Source of the DNA: Candidatus Heimdallarchaeota archaeon
Lineage (GTDB): Archaea; Asgardarchaeota; Heimdallarchaeia; JABLTI01
Reading direction: 5' to 3'
Assembly (NCBI GenBank): GCA_018238155.1
Contig: JABCTZ010000032.1
Span: 1 to 64,000 of the forward strand
Length of the DNA stretch: 64,000 nt
The notes beneath the pieces are model-generated. The model was not told the DNA's origin, did no database searches, and was given only the letters and a program-made list of their open reading frames with translations. A program made the position numbers and the translations under genes. Position 1 is the stretch's first letter. Each line of letters opens with the position of its first letter. Of this stretch, positions 1 through 9,875 are shown in pieces.

Positions 1-2
1 AT

Positions 3-1088
3 CCTGCTGTTTCTGATGCTGATTTGGATTTTGATGATGACGGTTTAACAAATGTTGAAGAGGTAGATATTTACAACACCGACCTCAATATAGCTGATAC
101 AGATGGGGATGGGTATTCAGACGGGGCAGAAGTTGTTGCAGGAACTAATCCTCTTGACCCCAACGACTTTCCGATATTATTTCCAGTTTGGGTCTGGGGA
201 GTTATTGGTGGTGTAGGAGCACTTTTACTAACTACTTTTGTCATAATAGCTGTTAAAAAGAATCTCAAATCTAAGAAAAACATTGAAAGAAGGCAATTAA
301 AACAAGAAAAAAGTCTCTCTCAACGAGAAGAAGATATCATTACCCTTCGGCAAGAAACAACAGAAAGTGCTGATGTTGTTAAATCACATGTTGTTTCAAA
401 TGAAGTTTTTGATTCTACAGAGCAAGTAGAGTATTTAACTAATCTTTTAAAATTACAGTCACTCATAATAATTAGTAAAGATGGCATCCCACTTGTTCAC
501 ATGAATTTCTCTAAAGAAATTGATTCTACTCTGACTTCTGGCTTTTTAACTGCAATAATGAGTTTTAATCGAGAGCTACTTGGATCTGGACAATCTTCTC
601 GGAAAATCTTTAATCAAATGGGTCAAGATGATACTATTTTCTGGATATTTGGTAGTGATTTCATTACTTTGGCTCTCTTATTTGAAGACCAACCTCCTAA
701 TAAATTCAAGAAGTCAATGCGACTCTTTCTGAATGAATTTGAAAGAGTCTATCATGATACAATCAAAGACTTTTCAGGTCACATGAATGTTTTCGAAAAT
801 GCCCATGAATTACTTGAGAACCTCCTAAAGGTACATTATCTTTATCCTATGAAGATTAACAGAATGAGTGTTGATGATAAAATTTATGATGAAGTGTTCT
901 TGATCAGTCTTCTACGTAAACACACTGAAAACTTTGATGTAGAAATAACTTTAGATTTAAAACAATTAATTTTTGATTCCTTTAAAGAGTTAAAAACTTT
1001 GACTTACGATGAAATTTTGCAACAAATAATCTTCTTTGTTGAAGAGAAAGTTCTTCTTCCACAAACCATTCAATCACTTCCAATGTAA
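3..1088 (+). CDS. 5'-truncated single-pass membrane protein: Ca-binding TSP3-like repeats, TM helix, cytoplasmic longin/roadblock-like domain
   Basis: Frame is open from the window edge; DxDxDG repeats (DFDDDGLTN, DTDGDGYSDGAEV); TM segment VWVWGVIGGVGALLLTTFVIIAV followed by a Lys/Arg run; LIIISKDGIPL...TLTSGFLTAIMSF is a longin-like pattern. Confidence 0.65.
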   Translation, partial: PAVSDADLDFDDDGLTNVEEVDIYNTDLNIADTDGDGYSDGAEVVAGTNPLDPNDFPILFPVWVWGVIGGVGALLLTTFVIIAVKKNLKSKKNIERRQLKQEKSLSQREEDIITLRQETTESADVVKSHVVSNEVFDSTEQVEYLTNLLKLQSLIIISKDGIPLVHMNFSKEIDSTLTSGFLTAIMSFNRELLGSGQSSRKIFNQMGQDDTIFWIFGSDFITLALLFEDQPPNKFKKSMRLFLNEFERVYHDTIKDFSGHMNVFENAHELLENLLKVHYLYPMKINRMSVDDKIYDEVFLISLLRKHTENFDVEITLDLKQLIFDSFKELKTLTYDEILQQIIFFVEEKVLLPQTIQSLPM

Positions 1089-1199
1089 TTCACCCCGCTT
1101 TGATTGCAGTGTTAATTCTTTGATATTGTTTAGTTTGACTGATTTGTGCAAAAAACAAATATTGGATTTTGTTCAAATCAAAATTAATATTGAAGGAAA

Positions 1200-1416
1200 G
1201 TCAAAAAAAAAATCTCAAAATAACTGGAAAGATAAAGTAAAGGATTTAATCGAGAAATTAAAATCTACTGATTTAGAAACACTTCAACAAGCTGCTTGGG
1301 ATCTTTCAAAGCTAGGCGAAGACAAAATAGAAGAAGCAAAATTAGCTATTTCCACATTAATCGTTGCAATTAAAGATGAAGATTGGGCAGTGAGGAAGAT
1401 ATCTATTTTTTCTTAA
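1200..1416 (+). pseudogene. HEAT-repeat fragment with no credible start; stops within the second repeat
   Basis: DLIEKLKSTDLETLQQAAWDLSKLG...AISTLIVAIKDEDWAVRK then TAA; the upstream part of the ORF does not look protein-like; start coordinate approximate. Confidence 0.5.
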
Positions 1417-1471
1417 CAAACACATTTATTTTATTCAACAACTTTGTTAATGTAAAAATGAAGGAATAATA

Positions 1472-2503
1472 ATGAAAATATTAGTTATTGGTGGAAGCCG
1501 ATTTAGTGGAAAAATAGCTGTTGAATTATTATCTGAACAAGGACATGATGTCACTGTATTAAATCGTGGTAAAGCAGAGGGTGAAGTTGGAGTTCCTTTC
1601 TTGAAAAGCGAAAAATATTCTTATCCTACAAAAGTCAAAGTAATTCATGTAGATAGGACAAATTATGTTGAATTACAAGCCAAGTTAGATGGGAATGATT
1701 TTCAAGCAATTATTGATACCTGTGCGTATAATGAGAAAGACATTCAAATAATCATGGATTTAGCTTCAGATAAATTAGAGAATTATATTTTCACTAGTAC
1801 TGGTAGTGTGTATGATGAAGAAAATATCGAAATAATTCCTGTTGTTGAAGATGATCCATTTGGTTCTGAAGCGGATGATTGCTCCATTCAATATAGTCGT
1901 GACAAAAGAAGAGCAGAAAGTTTACTCAAAAAAGCATTTGCTGAAAATAATTTTCCTTTTACTGCAATTCGCCCAACCTATATTTATGGTCCTAACAATT
2001 ATATCTATCGTGAAGCTTATTTTTATGATAGAATTATGGATGGTAAACCCCTATACATGCCTGGTACAGGAGAATATGTTATTGATTTTGTTTTTGCTGA
2101 AGATGTGGCTAAATTGTTAATTGCTCCACTAGAAGTAAAAAAGGCAATAGGACAAGCATATAATGCTGCCGGACAAGGTGGAATCACACTTAACAATTAT
2201 AGTAAATTTCTATTCCGAATAATTGGTAAAGAAACAGAAATTATTCATTATGACTCCCAACCGGTAATAGATGCTGAGTTAAAACCCGAAAACAGAAATC
2301 AAATGTTTCCTTTCGAACATGATGCTCATTTTGTTCTGAGTAAAGAAAAAGCTGTTATTGATTTTGGTTATAAACCTAAGAAACTATTTGATGGTTTGAA
2401 AGAAACTTTCGAGTGGTATAAAGCACATCGGAACCCAGAGTGGAGAGGTGATTATGGTTTTGATGATAAAATTGTTGAGCTATTGAAAAAACAATCAAAT
2501 TAA
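1472..2503 (+). CDS. NAD-dependent epimerase/dehydratase (extended SDR)
   Basis: GGSRFSG Rossmann motif, FTSTGSVY, YSRDK (YxxxK), RPTYIYGP. Confidence 0.85.
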   Translation: MKILVIGGSRFSGKIAVELLSEQGHDVTVLNRGKAEGEVGVPFLKSEKYSYPTKVKVIHVDRTNYVELQAKLDGNDFQAIIDTCAYNEKDIQIIMDLASDKLENYIFTSTGSVYDEENIEIIPVVEDDPFGSEADDCSIQYSRDKRRAESLLKKAFAENNFPFTAIRPTYIYGPNNYIYREAYFYDRIMDGKPLYMPGTGEYVIDFVFAEDVAKLLIAPLEVKKAIGQAYNAAGQGGITLNNYSKFLFRIIGKETEIIHYDSQPVIDAELKPENRNQMFPFEHDAHFVLSKEKAVIDFGYKPKKLFDGLKETFEWYKAHRNPEWRGDYGFDDKIVELLKKQSN

Positions 2504-2576
2504 TAGCTTTTTTTCTTATTTTTAATCGAAAAATTGATTTCCTCTGAAACATAATCATATCATGTGGTTGATACAA

Positions 2577-3272
2577 ATGAGTGATGATGAGAAACTGACA
2601 GGAAGAAAGGAAGAGCTTATCGCTCATTACAAACAAAGTGGTTACTTACAAGCTGAAAACGTTATCAGAGCTTTTAGAGCAGTACCTCGAGAGAAATTTA
2701 TTGGTCCAAATCCAAAACAATTTGCTTATCATGATCGTCCATTGTCTATTTTTTCAAATCAAACAATTTCAGCACCTCATATGGTAGCAATGATGGTAAG
2801 CAAGAAATGCTTGGATTTCAATGTTGGTGAAGTGTGCTTGGAAATTGGCGGTGGTTCAGGTTATCATGCTGCGGTTATTGCAGAAATCATTGCTCCTACG
2901 GGTTCCGACAAAACAAAATGGGGTCATATTTATACTGTTGAGATAGTTGAGAAATTAGTTGATTTTGCTCGAGAGAATTTGAAAGAAGCGGGTTATTCAG
3001 ATAGAGTTACCGTTATTCATGGGGATGGTTCTTTAGGTTATCCTGAGAAAGCTCCTTACGATAAAATTACTGTTGCTGCTGCAGCACCAGAAATTCCTCA
3101 ACCTCTTATAGTTCAATTGAAACCCGGAGGTCGGTTGGTAATTCCTGTAGGTAAAAAAGGCTTTTATCAAGAACTAATTATTGCAAAGAAATTAAAGAAT
3201 GGCACTATTTCAAAAAGCTCTATGTGTGGTGTTGCTTTTGTACCTTTGATAGGAGAACATGGTTTCAGTTAA
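2577..3272 (+). CDS. pcm: Protein-L-isoaspartate O-methyltransferase
   Basis: VPREKF, QTISAPHM, LEIGGGSGYHAA, GDGSLG, APYDKI, QLKPGGRLVIPVG, FVPL; start placed at the second ATG. Confidence 0.93.
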   Translation: MSDDEKLTGRKEELIAHYKQSGYLQAENVIRAFRAVPREKFIGPNPKQFAYHDRPLSIFSNQTISAPHMVAMMVSKKCLDFNVGEVCLEIGGGSGYHAAVIAEIIAPTGSDKTKWGHIYTVEIVEKLVDFARENLKEAGYSDRVTVIHGDGSLGYPEKAPYDKITVAAAAPEIPQPLIVQLKPGGRLVIPVGKKGFYQELIIAKKLKNGTISKSSMCGVAFVPLIGEHGFS

Positions 3273-6200
3273 GGTTGGCCAAAAAACTCTGTTAAACTTC
3301 TTTGGTTGTTTTCCTCTTGAGTGAAATATTCATCAATTGACTCTTTAAACAGTCGCAATCTTTGCTTCAAATAATCTGATAAGGCATATTGTGTTATCAA
3401 ATTGTATGTAGTATCATAATATTTTGTTACTGTTTTTTTGTGAACAGTAAGAACTAATTTTCCACCATTTTCACAAGCATTACATCTACCTGATAAAGGC
3501 AATCGTCGAAACTTTGTATTGCATTTTATACACCGGAATGTTTGTGAGCCAAAAGCACGCAAGCAACCGATCATATCTGGGAAGAAATGTTTGTTTATGA
3601 CTCTTTCAGCAACATCCTCCATATTAACAGCTCGAATAAGTTTAGCTACTTTTAATTGTGCTTCAAGTTTTTCAGACATTTTTCCAAAGCGAGAATATGA
3701 AGTAGAAGGTGGTCCTATACCAATATCTGTTGTTTCATGAGTGTAATGAAAATTCTCATACTGGTCTGGTGTTTCTAAACGATTTGCAATTAAATCAATA
3801 ATCTTTGATATTTTCTTTGCATCAATAAATTTGTATGATTGCTCAAAGAATTCTAGTGGATATCTTGTAATACAATCTACTGCATGAGATTCATCATCAA
3901 CCTCGAGAGGATTTAATACTAATCCTAAAGTTAAGGGTGCATCCATTGAACCACCTCGAGTGATTGGTAGAAATTTCTTTGAGAAATCTAAAAATCCTTC
4001 AAGCATTAATATTACTGCATCCTCATCTCCATCGCATTGATGAGTTAAAATATATTCGTTTACTAATACTGAGTGGTATTTTTCTGCGTTTAATGAATAA
4101 ACAAAATCAGTTTTTGATTTGACTATTTCTACGCTCTCTACCTTAAGCAATCTGTTGTTCATGAATAATTTTTGAGGGATTGTATTTTTGGTTTCAATAA
4201 AACTATTGAGTAGCTGCTGTTTCCTTTCAGAGGTGAGACCAATTTTGGAAGTGAAAGTTAGTATGTTCTCTCCTCTAATTGTTAACTTGAATTCAGTGTC
4301 TGGGTCTCTTCTTTGGTTGGTGTAATCTGAGAAAATTCCAAAACGTAGAAGCAGTAAATCAAAATCATTCAATAGTTTCTTACTAATTGAAGAACAAGCT
4401 ATCGTTTTGCTTTTTTGATCTACTCCTCCGTTACCACTAAAATACGCACTAATTAAAAATTTGATTTTATCCTTTGGCATTTTTAGAAGGAAAGAAGGAA
4501 TCGTTTTATTAGAAGAACTTGTTTGAAGTTGTAAAATATCCTTAAAAAACCTATAAACCACTCGACAAGAAATTGTAATTCTATTCGAATCAATATTGGA
4601 TTCAAATTCATTTCCAAAAACATTTCTAATTGAGGTTAGTATATCCTCACGTAAATCATCTTCATATACAGCGAGATCTACTTGGTAGCTCAATTTTTCA
4701 TCTTTTTTATAGAATCCTTCAGCAAGATAATAACCTATTAATTTCATCAAACTTTCATTGTAAGGAATAAATCTATTTATGAAACCATGTTCGGTCTTAA
4801 ATCCTAAAGAACATTTTGGGACATTTTGTAAGGTTAAACCGCTTATTTCGAGCAATCTCTCCAGAATATCTAGAGGTATAGAATCTCTTTCTTCATAATA
4901 GTTACAAAGTGTTTCTTTGTCTATGTTAAGCTTTTCAGATAGTTCCGTTAATCCAAATTTATCTACTATATCTTGTACAAAGGAATCAATTCCTCTTATC
5001 ATCAAATTCTCTTTAATATCTTGAAAATCCTCTTTACTGAATTCTTCAAGTAAATCAATTTCTTGAATGTCTTCATCCACGAAATCGAGAATTGGTAGAA
5101 CGAAAGAATCTCCATTTCGTATCTCAGATGCTCTTTTTTCATTTATTTTTCCATCTTCATAAATTAATACGGGATGATCGGCTGTAGTTGTAAAAGATCT
5201 GTTACTAATCAAATCGAATTTTATTAAATGATTTGGGGTTGGAGTTTTGATTACATCAAGAATATTTGTTACCACAACTTTTCCCTTTAAGCTATCAAAA
5301 GAATGCACTTTGATATTTCTTTTTGGTTGTTTTTTAATTTTAACCATTTTTTCTTCTGTTTCATTTTCAAATTCCTTTTCATATAGTTCTTTGATTTTTA
5401 TTCGTTTTACTTCACTTTCGATATCCACTAGAACTTCAGTATCTCCTGGAAAACAGTTACGTCTTTTTGCAGCATGCCAATAAGGATGTGCAAGGTTTCC
5501 TTTTACATTGGTAAACCCAATAACTCTACCAGTAATTCCTGATGAAGTATGTGGTGCCAATCCTATTACTAAGTGTCCAATCATATCGGTTATTTTTATT
5601 GCGTTATAAAATCTAGGCATCCCATAAACCGATTCCAGCATGTCATCAACGTATTTTGCTACTCTAAAAAGAAAATTACCATTGTCAATGTTAAGAACGA
5701 CATCTTGTGTTTTTAACTCAATTATTTGATTTTCATCTTTTATTGGATCGCCATTTTTATCACTAACATACCCTAGCTCTAGTAATCTTTCTATTGTAAT
5801 ATTGATTTCTTTGGGTTTGAAATGCATTAAGGGTATATCTGTTGAATCAAATCGTATTGTTCCATCTTTATAGACATTCAAATCGTGTCGTGCTCTTAGA
5901 AATCCTTTCTCTAGAATTTCAGGTAGGCGCTCTTTGTTCATCAGTTTTTTAACGCCTTTTGTTCCTGAAGGTATTGACCCCCCAAGATTTTTCTTCACTC
6001 GAGTTATTTCAGCGCTTAGATCTAAGAAACGAGTTGAAAAGCAAGCAGTGCGTTTCCTGCAATTTCCGCAAAATTCCTCGTCTGTTTCTTTCCCACAACT
6101 TGGACAACTTCTTAACAACTTTGTTTGCACTTTACAACCCGGACAAGTAACTAAATGGGTTATTTTGTTACACATTGGACATTCTCGTTGTGTAATTGTA

Positions 6201-8179
6201 ACTTCAATTAGCTTCTTCTTTCCTGCCTCTAAAATATAACGAGCATTACCTTTTCCTTCCATTTCAACAGGAAACAATGAATGAATAGGAGGATTCATTT
6301 TTCGTTCTTTTGCTTTTTCTGGTCTCCCCATTCTCGCTCCTGAATAGATTGGTATCTTAAATTTTATTTCAAATGGAACAATATATTCGAAAGGGGGAGT
6401 TGCCGTTCTTTCGATAGTTTCCGGATTTATTTTTGCATTGTGAATTTGCATACAGTGATCAATAATTAAATTATGCTCATCAATAACAATGCAACCTTTT
6501 TTCACTTTATGAGGTAAACCTATTCTTTCAAATATACGTTTTGAATTGAATTCTTTCTTTAAAACCAAGGCATCTCTATTCTTGGTGATCGTTTCCACTG
6601 ATTTTTTATCTCTTATCCAATTTTTGAGGATATCTGCTCTAAGTTCGAAAAATTCATCAAAAGAGATATCGTGCCAGGCATAAGTGTAGAATGGATGAAG
6701 TGGAATCAATAATTCATAACTGAAATTCAATGCTTCTTCTTGCGTTGGTCTAGTTGTTATAGGATTTAGAAGAAATTGATTTAATCGTTCAATTGATACA
6801 TTACATTTTTTAGCTGCGATTGTAACATCATTGTTACATCTTGATTTTATTCTAGATTCTAGATGAAGGATCCACCATTCCTCAACATAACCCGAGGGAA
6901 TTAATGGATGATTGTTTTCAAGAAACTCTCCAAATCCAACGAGAAGATCTCCCAAAAACAGAATCTCTTGTACTTGCTTCTCATATTTGAGAGCTTTTTC
7001 ATAAGTATCTAACCGAATTACTTCACCGTTCTTCAATAAGACAGTTGGTCCATCGATAGAATCCACAGGCATTACTACGCTGCCTTTACCTGGACGTTCT
7101 GTTCTAATATGGGTTCCTGGAGCTAAAAATTCCAAAACGATTTGCATTGTTGCCGGATGAATACCTATACCTGCTAGTCCGGTATTCCGAGAATGACCAT
7201 ATCTTATTCTGAACCCACCTGGTTTCGATGGGTGTGAGAAAATTGGTCTGCCAGCGATTACATCTTTAATATATCCATACGATGGTTGTGTTTTGGACAT
7301 CGCATCATCTTTATCGTCAGAAGCCTTTGTTACCTTAAGTGATTTTAACCAATCCCATCCCTTTAAGCCAACAGTATTAACTGTTTTCAAAATCTTCATT
7401 GCTCTTCCAATTATTCCATCATTTAGAACGAGGCAAGCACCTCCTCTCAAGCTGTTTGTTTCAATTCTTGGGAGATCACGAAAAGCAGATACTTCATCAG
7501 GGTTTGTTTGTTCACCTGTTACTTCTACTGGTAAATTTTTCACTGCAAATTCAATTTGTTCTGCTGTTGATGGACTTTGCAAATGCATTACTCTATTATA
7601 GAGATCAATTTCTTCTACAAATCGTTTCATTTCTTTTCCAGTTGCTTTATACTTGGAAAGACCTAACTCTTTGCGAACATAATCTGTAATTAGCACTGTT
7701 AATGCTGCTTCCGTTCCACCTGCAGCTCTAATTGGTCCTGCGAAATAAATAGCTAAATATCTACTGTTGTCTTCATTGCGTTTTATTTTAACTTTAGCAA
7801 TTCCTTCAAGAGGTGCTGCTGTTACTCCTTCTGTTAAAATCGCTAGTGCAGCTCGTATTGCCATGTCAGCCTTTACTTCTTCTGGTTGATTTCCGTTGAA
7901 TCTTCCAGAAGCAATTTCTTGAGCAATTTTAAAAGCAACATTTTCTCTATCCATTGATTCTCCTAAACTGGTGATTCGTGCACCAATACCTTTGATACCC
8001 ATTAAACCTTCAACTTTTCCTGCAACATCCTTTGCTAAATGTATTTCAGGCTCAAGTTCAGGGTCTAAACCTTTCTTTCGAGCTTCTTTTGCAACTGCAT
8101 ATAAGCGATTTACTTCATCTTCCAAAGCTTGAAAGTAAGCTTTCATTTCATCAGTTGCAATTAATTCCAATTTACACAC
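3269..8179 (-). CDS. polC: DNA polymerase D large subunit DP2, intein-containing
   Basis: LTEGVTAAPLEGI, AGPIRAAGGT, GRPEKAKERKM, KDGTIRFD, GLAPHTS, HAAKRRN...CDGDED, RGGSMDAP, C-terminal CxxC zinc module. Confidence 0.98.
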   Translation of the reverse strand: MCKLELIATDEMKAYFQALEDEVNRLYAVAKEARKKGLDPELEPEIHLAKDVAGKVEGLMGIKGIGARITSLGESMDRENVAFKIAQEIASGRFNGNQPEEVKADMAIRAALAILTEGVTAAPLEGIAKVKIKRNEDNSRYLAIYFAGPIRAAGGTEAALTVLITDYVRKELGLSKYKATGKEMKRFVEEIDLYNRVMHLQSPSTAEQIEFAVKNLPVEVTGEQTNPDEVSAFRDLPRIETNSLRGGACLVLNDGIIGRAMKILKTVNTVGLKGWDWLKSLKVTKASDDKDDAMSKTQPSYGYIKDVIAGRPIFSHPSKPGGFRIRYGHSRNTGLAGIGIHPATMQIVLEFLAPGTHIRTERPGKGSVVMPVDSIDGPTVLLKNGEVIRLDTYEKALKYEKQVQEILFLGDLLVGFGEFLENNHPLIPSGYVEEWWILHLESRIKSRCNNDVTIAAKKCNVSIERLNQFLLNPITTRPTQEEALNFSYELLIPLHPFYTYAWHDISFDEFFELRADILKNWIRDKKSVETITKNRDALVLKKEFNSKRIFERIGLPHKVKKGCIVIDEHNLIIDHCMQIHNAKINPETIERTATPPFEYIVPFEIKFKIPIYSGARMGRPEKAKERKMNPPIHSLFPVEMEGKGNARYILEAGKKKLIEVTITQRECPMCNKITHLVTCPGCKVQTKLLRSCPSCGKETDEEFCGNCRKRTACFSTRFLDLSAEITRVKKNLGGSIPSGTKGVKKLMNKERLPEILEKGFLRARHDLNVYKDGTIRFDSTDIPLMHFKPKEINITIERLLELGYVSDKNGDPIKDENQIIELKTQDVVLNIDNGNFLFRVAKYVDDMLESVYGMPRFYNAIKITDMIGHLVIGLAPHTSSGITGRVIGFTNVKGNLAHPYWHAAKRRNCFPGDTEVLVDIESEVKRIKIKELYEKEFENETEEKMVKIKKQPKRNIKVHSFDSLKGKVVVTNILDVIKTPTPNHLIKFDLISNRSFTTTADHPVLIYEDGKINEKRASEIRNGDSFVLPILDFVDEDIQEIDLLEEFSKEDFQDIKENLMIRGIDSFVQDIVDKFGLTELSEKLNIDKETLCNYYEERDSIPLDILERLLEISGLTLQNVPKCSLGFKTEHGFINRFIPYNESLMKLIGYYLAEGFYKKDEKLSYQVDLAVYEDDLREDILTSIRNVFGNEFESNIDSNRITISCRVVYRFFKDILQLQTSSSNKTIPSFLLKMPKDKIKFLISAYFSGNGGVDQKSKTIACSSISKKLLNDFDLLLLRFGIFSDYTNQRRDPDTEFKLTIRGENILTFTSKIGLTSERKQQLLNSFIETKNTIPQKLFMNNRLLKVESVEIVKSKTDFVYSLNAEKYHSVLVNEYILTHQCDGDEDAVILMLEGFLDFSKKFLPITRGGSMDAPLTLGLVLNPLEVDDESHAVDCITRYPLEFFEQSYKFIDAKKISKIIDLIANRLETPDQYENFHYTHETTDIGIGPPSTSYSRFGKMSEKLEAQLKVAKLIRAVNMEDVAERVINKHFFPDMIGCLRAFGSQTFRCIKCNTKFRRLPLSGRCNACENGGKLVLTVHKKTVTKYYDTTYNLITQYALSDYLKQRLRLFKESIDEYFTQEENNQRSLTEFFGQP
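4037..5455 (-). mobile_element. Intein (473 aa) with LAGLIDADG endonuclease domain, inserted in the DP2 catalytic motif
   Basis: Splits RRN|CDGDED; begins CFPGDTEV, block B TTTADHPV, ends ILTHQ followed by Cys+1; LAGLIDADG helices LIGYYLAEG and LISAYFSGNG. Confidence 0.95.
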
Positions 8180-8291
8180 TCAACAATTTTTCGTTCAGAA
8201 TATATCCTATCACAATGGATAGGCATTTTGGATAGAGAGAGGTTGCTTTAATAATAATGGTACTATTTCCAACAGTACCATTGTATTATAA

Positions 8292-9875
8292 TTATTTCAC
8301 AAGAATTGCCGCTACTCCTTCGATTATTCCATTCGAAACTATAGATGGAATAAAGCCGAATAGTATTAGCGCCAACGCTAGTAGAATTCCAATAAATGTC
8401 GTTATTGAAATATCATTATTTACATCTGATATTCCTGTCGGAATTTTCTGTGATTTATTTAATATTATGGATTTTAGTACGAACATATTACATATTAGTA
8501 ATAATAAAACCACCACTCCAATTAGAATTCCAAATATTAGATAATCGGTTTTTAGGAGTGAATAAATGATCATAAACGTAGTCACTCCACCAAAAGTTGG
8601 AAATATACCTATATTTGACAATAAACTAACTGTGAAGATGAAACCTGAAATTGGTAGTTCTTTTCCTACACCTCTCAATTGGTTTAAATCGTAGCTTCCT
8701 CCATTAGCACTGGCAAATTTCTCTATACAAATGAAGCTTAGAAAAATTGTTGCAACAACATTTATCATATGCAAGTAACCATAACCAAGACAATCCTGTA
8801 ACAATTTTACTTCTGCTAGTCCCTCAATAATTACTAGTCCATTAAATGATAAAGTTGTCAACACAATTCCAATATTGACAAATGTTGTATAGACAATAAT
8901 TTTCATTAGATTGCTATCTTCTTTTTTGAGTAACTGTCCTATAATGAGGAGAATGCCCTCAAATGCTGTTACAAGCCCTATTCCTGCAATAATAATGGAG
9001 TAATTTGTGCCTGGAAATATTGTTGGATTAAAGATGTTATTTAGTATCCTAAAAATTGAGAATACTGCGGTTATACTTATGAAACCAGTTGTTATTATTT
9101 TCATTCCAGTACGGGCGCTTTGGATCGTTGAATTTGTCCAGATGTTTAGCAAAAATAGATTAGCAAAAATACCTAAACTAATGATTACTAAAGCAATAAT
9201 AAAATAGATTACTAAATTCAGATTTTGCAGTAAATCAGCATTAAATAATTTATTTTCAAGTATGTATGCAAAATTCAAGCTACCAAATATTCCATAAGTT
9301 AGAACAACTGCTAAGAGGAGGAGAGCGATTGCAAAACCAATTGTCATATAAGCTTTTACTCCACCTACTCGTAAGTCTTCCTTTTTTCTGTCGAAAGTAA
9401 TTAATAATATTAATGACAAACCAATAATAACCCAAGAAAGAAATAAAGTAAAGAAATCATACGTTAGTAATACTCCATTTATTCCAGAAATAAGCAAGAG
9501 GAAAAAGCTAACATAGATTGGTGCATTTTGTTGTCCTCTTATTTTCGAGGTTTCATAGATTAACACAAATATCAATATGATATTTAAGAATAGCAATAAC
9601 CAAGAAGATACGCCATCGCTTCTAAATTGCACTCCTGTTGGAGGAGCATATTCAACACCAAGTGATGTATCATATACACCATAGATAATTTTTGTTGTGC
9701 TTGCTTCTACTCGAGAAATAATTGCACCAAGAACAGCTACTATTACAATAATTCCTGCAACAGCAATTTCCCCGGAAAAACTCTTCAGCCATTTTCGTAA
9801 ACCGAAAATAATCATTCCAAGTAAGAAGGGTAATAATATTGGTATTAAGAGAATTATATTTACTGCAACCGCCAT
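8292..9875 (-). CDS. NuoM/MrpD-like antiporter-type membrane subunit (divergent)
   Basis: Many TM helices; GVLLTYDFFTLFLSW, YGIFGSLNF, LRGVGKELP, SNIGIFPTFGG, FGFIPS match the MrpD/NuoM scaffold. Confidence 0.8.
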   Translation of the reverse strand: MAVAVNIILLIPILLPFLLGMIIFGLRKWLKSFSGEIAVAGIIVIVAVLGAIISRVEASTTKIIYGVYDTSLGVEYAPPTGVQFRSDGVSSWLLLFLNIILIFVLIYETSKIRGQQNAPIYVSFFLLLISGINGVLLTYDFFTLFLSWVIIGLSLILLITFDRKKEDLRVGGVKAYMTIGFAIALLLLAVVLTYGIFGSLNFAYILENKLFNADLLQNLNLVIYFIIALVIISLGIFANLFLLNIWTNSTIQSARTGMKIITTGFISITAVFSIFRILNNIFNPTIFPGTNYSIIIAGIGLVTAFEGILLIIGQLLKKEDSNLMKIIVYTTFVNIGIVLTTLSFNGLVIIEGLAEVKLLQDCLGYGYLHMINVVATIFLSFICIEKFASANGGSYDLNQLRGVGKELPISGFIFTVSLLSNIGIFPTFGGVTTFMIIYSLLKTDYLIFGILIGVVVLLLLICNMFVLKSIILNKSQKIPTGISDVNNDISITTFIGILLALALILFGFIPSIVSNGIIEGVAAILVK

